Shown piece by piece: positions 10,878 to 11,736 of a stretch of 11,736 nucleotides of DNA; positions within the stretch are counted from its first letter, which is position 1, and every line of letters starts with the position of its first letter. This DNA comes from a bacterium. Lineage in GTDB: Bacteria > SAR324 > NAC60-12. The translations under genes were made by a program, and so were the position numbers. The stretch lies in NCBI GenBank assembly GCA_965233585.1, contig CBDDTI010000259.1, positions 1-11,736 of the forward strand, given 5' to 3'. The notes beneath the pieces are model-generated. The model saw nothing but the letters and a program-made list of their open reading frames with translations. It was not told the origin of the DNA and made no database searches.

Positions 10878-11188
10878 CTACACGAGAGAAAAAACCCAAC
10901 CCAGAGGGCTGAACAACAACTGCAATAACAACAGGAGGAAGAAGGCAGACTTTAAAAGAGAGCTTTAAGTGATGGAGAAAAGGAGGAGGGTAAAAGATGG
11001 GCCTCTTTTATGGCTTCATGAAGAATTTGTTTCCCGTTTTTTCTTATAGGGTTGACCGATAGTAAAGAAGGCGAGACCATTGACTGCAAAACTCGCGAAA
11101 ACATTTTCTTATTCTGATCGGATAAACGTTTTCGAGGTGCACATGTTCAAGTGGATTTGGGCGTGTCAGGAAACAGTTAAGTATGTTG

Positions 11189-11418
11189 GGTAAGATCTGC
11201 ATACGAGTTAGATTGCTTAGCATGAAGCGAGTAAGAGTATTTCTTCTCCCCATGGATGGGATGCTAGTCCATCGCAGGGTTTCCCCAGCATTGAATTCGC
11301 CGTTACTCGTTTATACAGCTGGGTTGGAGAGAGGCACTGTGACACTGAAGCTTCTTGTCGAAGAACACAGCACAATGTCCCCGAATCTGGACCACTCGAT
11401 TCGGAGGCGAGCGCACTA
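11189..11418 (-). mobile_element. tRNA-derived SINE, decayed and internally deleted
   Basis: The minus strand has a tRNA-like head remnant (tagtgcgctcgcctccgaatcgagtggtccagattcg), the central block cagtgcctctctccaacccagctgtataaa and ctgcgatggactagcatcccatcca. These match a widespread cnidarian SINE2 I recall. The A and B boxes are damaged. Confidence 0.8.
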
Positions 11419-11517
11419 CAGTGTAAGTATTAATCCATTACAGACCACGTACAAGAAACTGCTAGCCTTCCAATTTGTTACTTAACTGCATAATTGGCAT
11501 TTTTCCTTAGGACATAC

Positions 11518-11674
11518 CTTTGCGATGTAGCCACTGCTTGGTCTTGCTACTATTAAGTCATTGATTGTGAAATGCTGGACTGTTTCTTCCGCTGCTGAAA
11601 GCACAAGTCCTGGGTTGTTGTCTCCTCCGTTGCAAAACACCGACTGAGAAAGTTTCCGTCTACTTTGTTTCAAT
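11518..11674 (-). CDS. Internal exon of an uncharacterised multi-exon gene (first exon visible in the window)
   Basis: Acceptor tttttaaaccaaccAG at 11676-11675 and donor AAG|GTATGT at 11518/11517. 157 nt, open frame LKQSRRKLSQSVFCNGGDNNPGLVLSAAEETVQHFTINDLIVARPSSGYIAK, ending in phase 0, which matches the next exon. Confidence 0.8.
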
Positions 11675-11736
11675 CTGGTTGGTTTAAAAATAGATAAAGC
11701 GAGGAATTAATCCTTAGTATTGCTTTGTTATTGTAA

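Noticed and set aside
11370..11420. tRNA gene
   Set aside because: Only a damaged tRNA-like SINE head, with no cloverleaf.

Overview
Eukaryotic, AT-rich, repeat-dense genomic DNA. The interspersed repeats resemble families I recognise from stony corals/anthozoans (recalled, not searched). A spliced protein-coding gene runs on the minus strand and enters from beyond the right edge. Five exons (11518-11674, 10695-10877, 9071-9249, 1256-1418, 853-1022) have canonical GT-AG sites and join in frame into about 284 codons of an uncharacterised beta-rich protein with an RRTKR furin-like site. The next exon candidate (793 downward) reaches an early stop. The 7.65-kb intron 1419-9070 is almost entirely nested non-autonomous DNA transposons. 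One nest is five levels deep: Mutator-like foldback > short-TIR MITE > Harbinger-type deletion derivative > P-like element > MITE. A second nest is built around an AcademH-like element, and there is a near-perfect 1.4-kb tandem duplication (2031-3427 / 3428-4828). The most unusual signal is a set of sequence-unrelated non-coding elements sharing one architecture: A...A'B...B', i.e. an IR-bounded module fused to a long hairpin. Their hairpin apex is strand-specific and conserved in structure (C-GA-GC stem-GNA-type loop-GC stem-GA-G), and most carry a CCAAT box 30-45 nt from the A end. This suggests mobilisation through a folded single-stranded DNA intermediate (inference). No CRISPR, rRNA, tRNA gene or intact transposase was seen.
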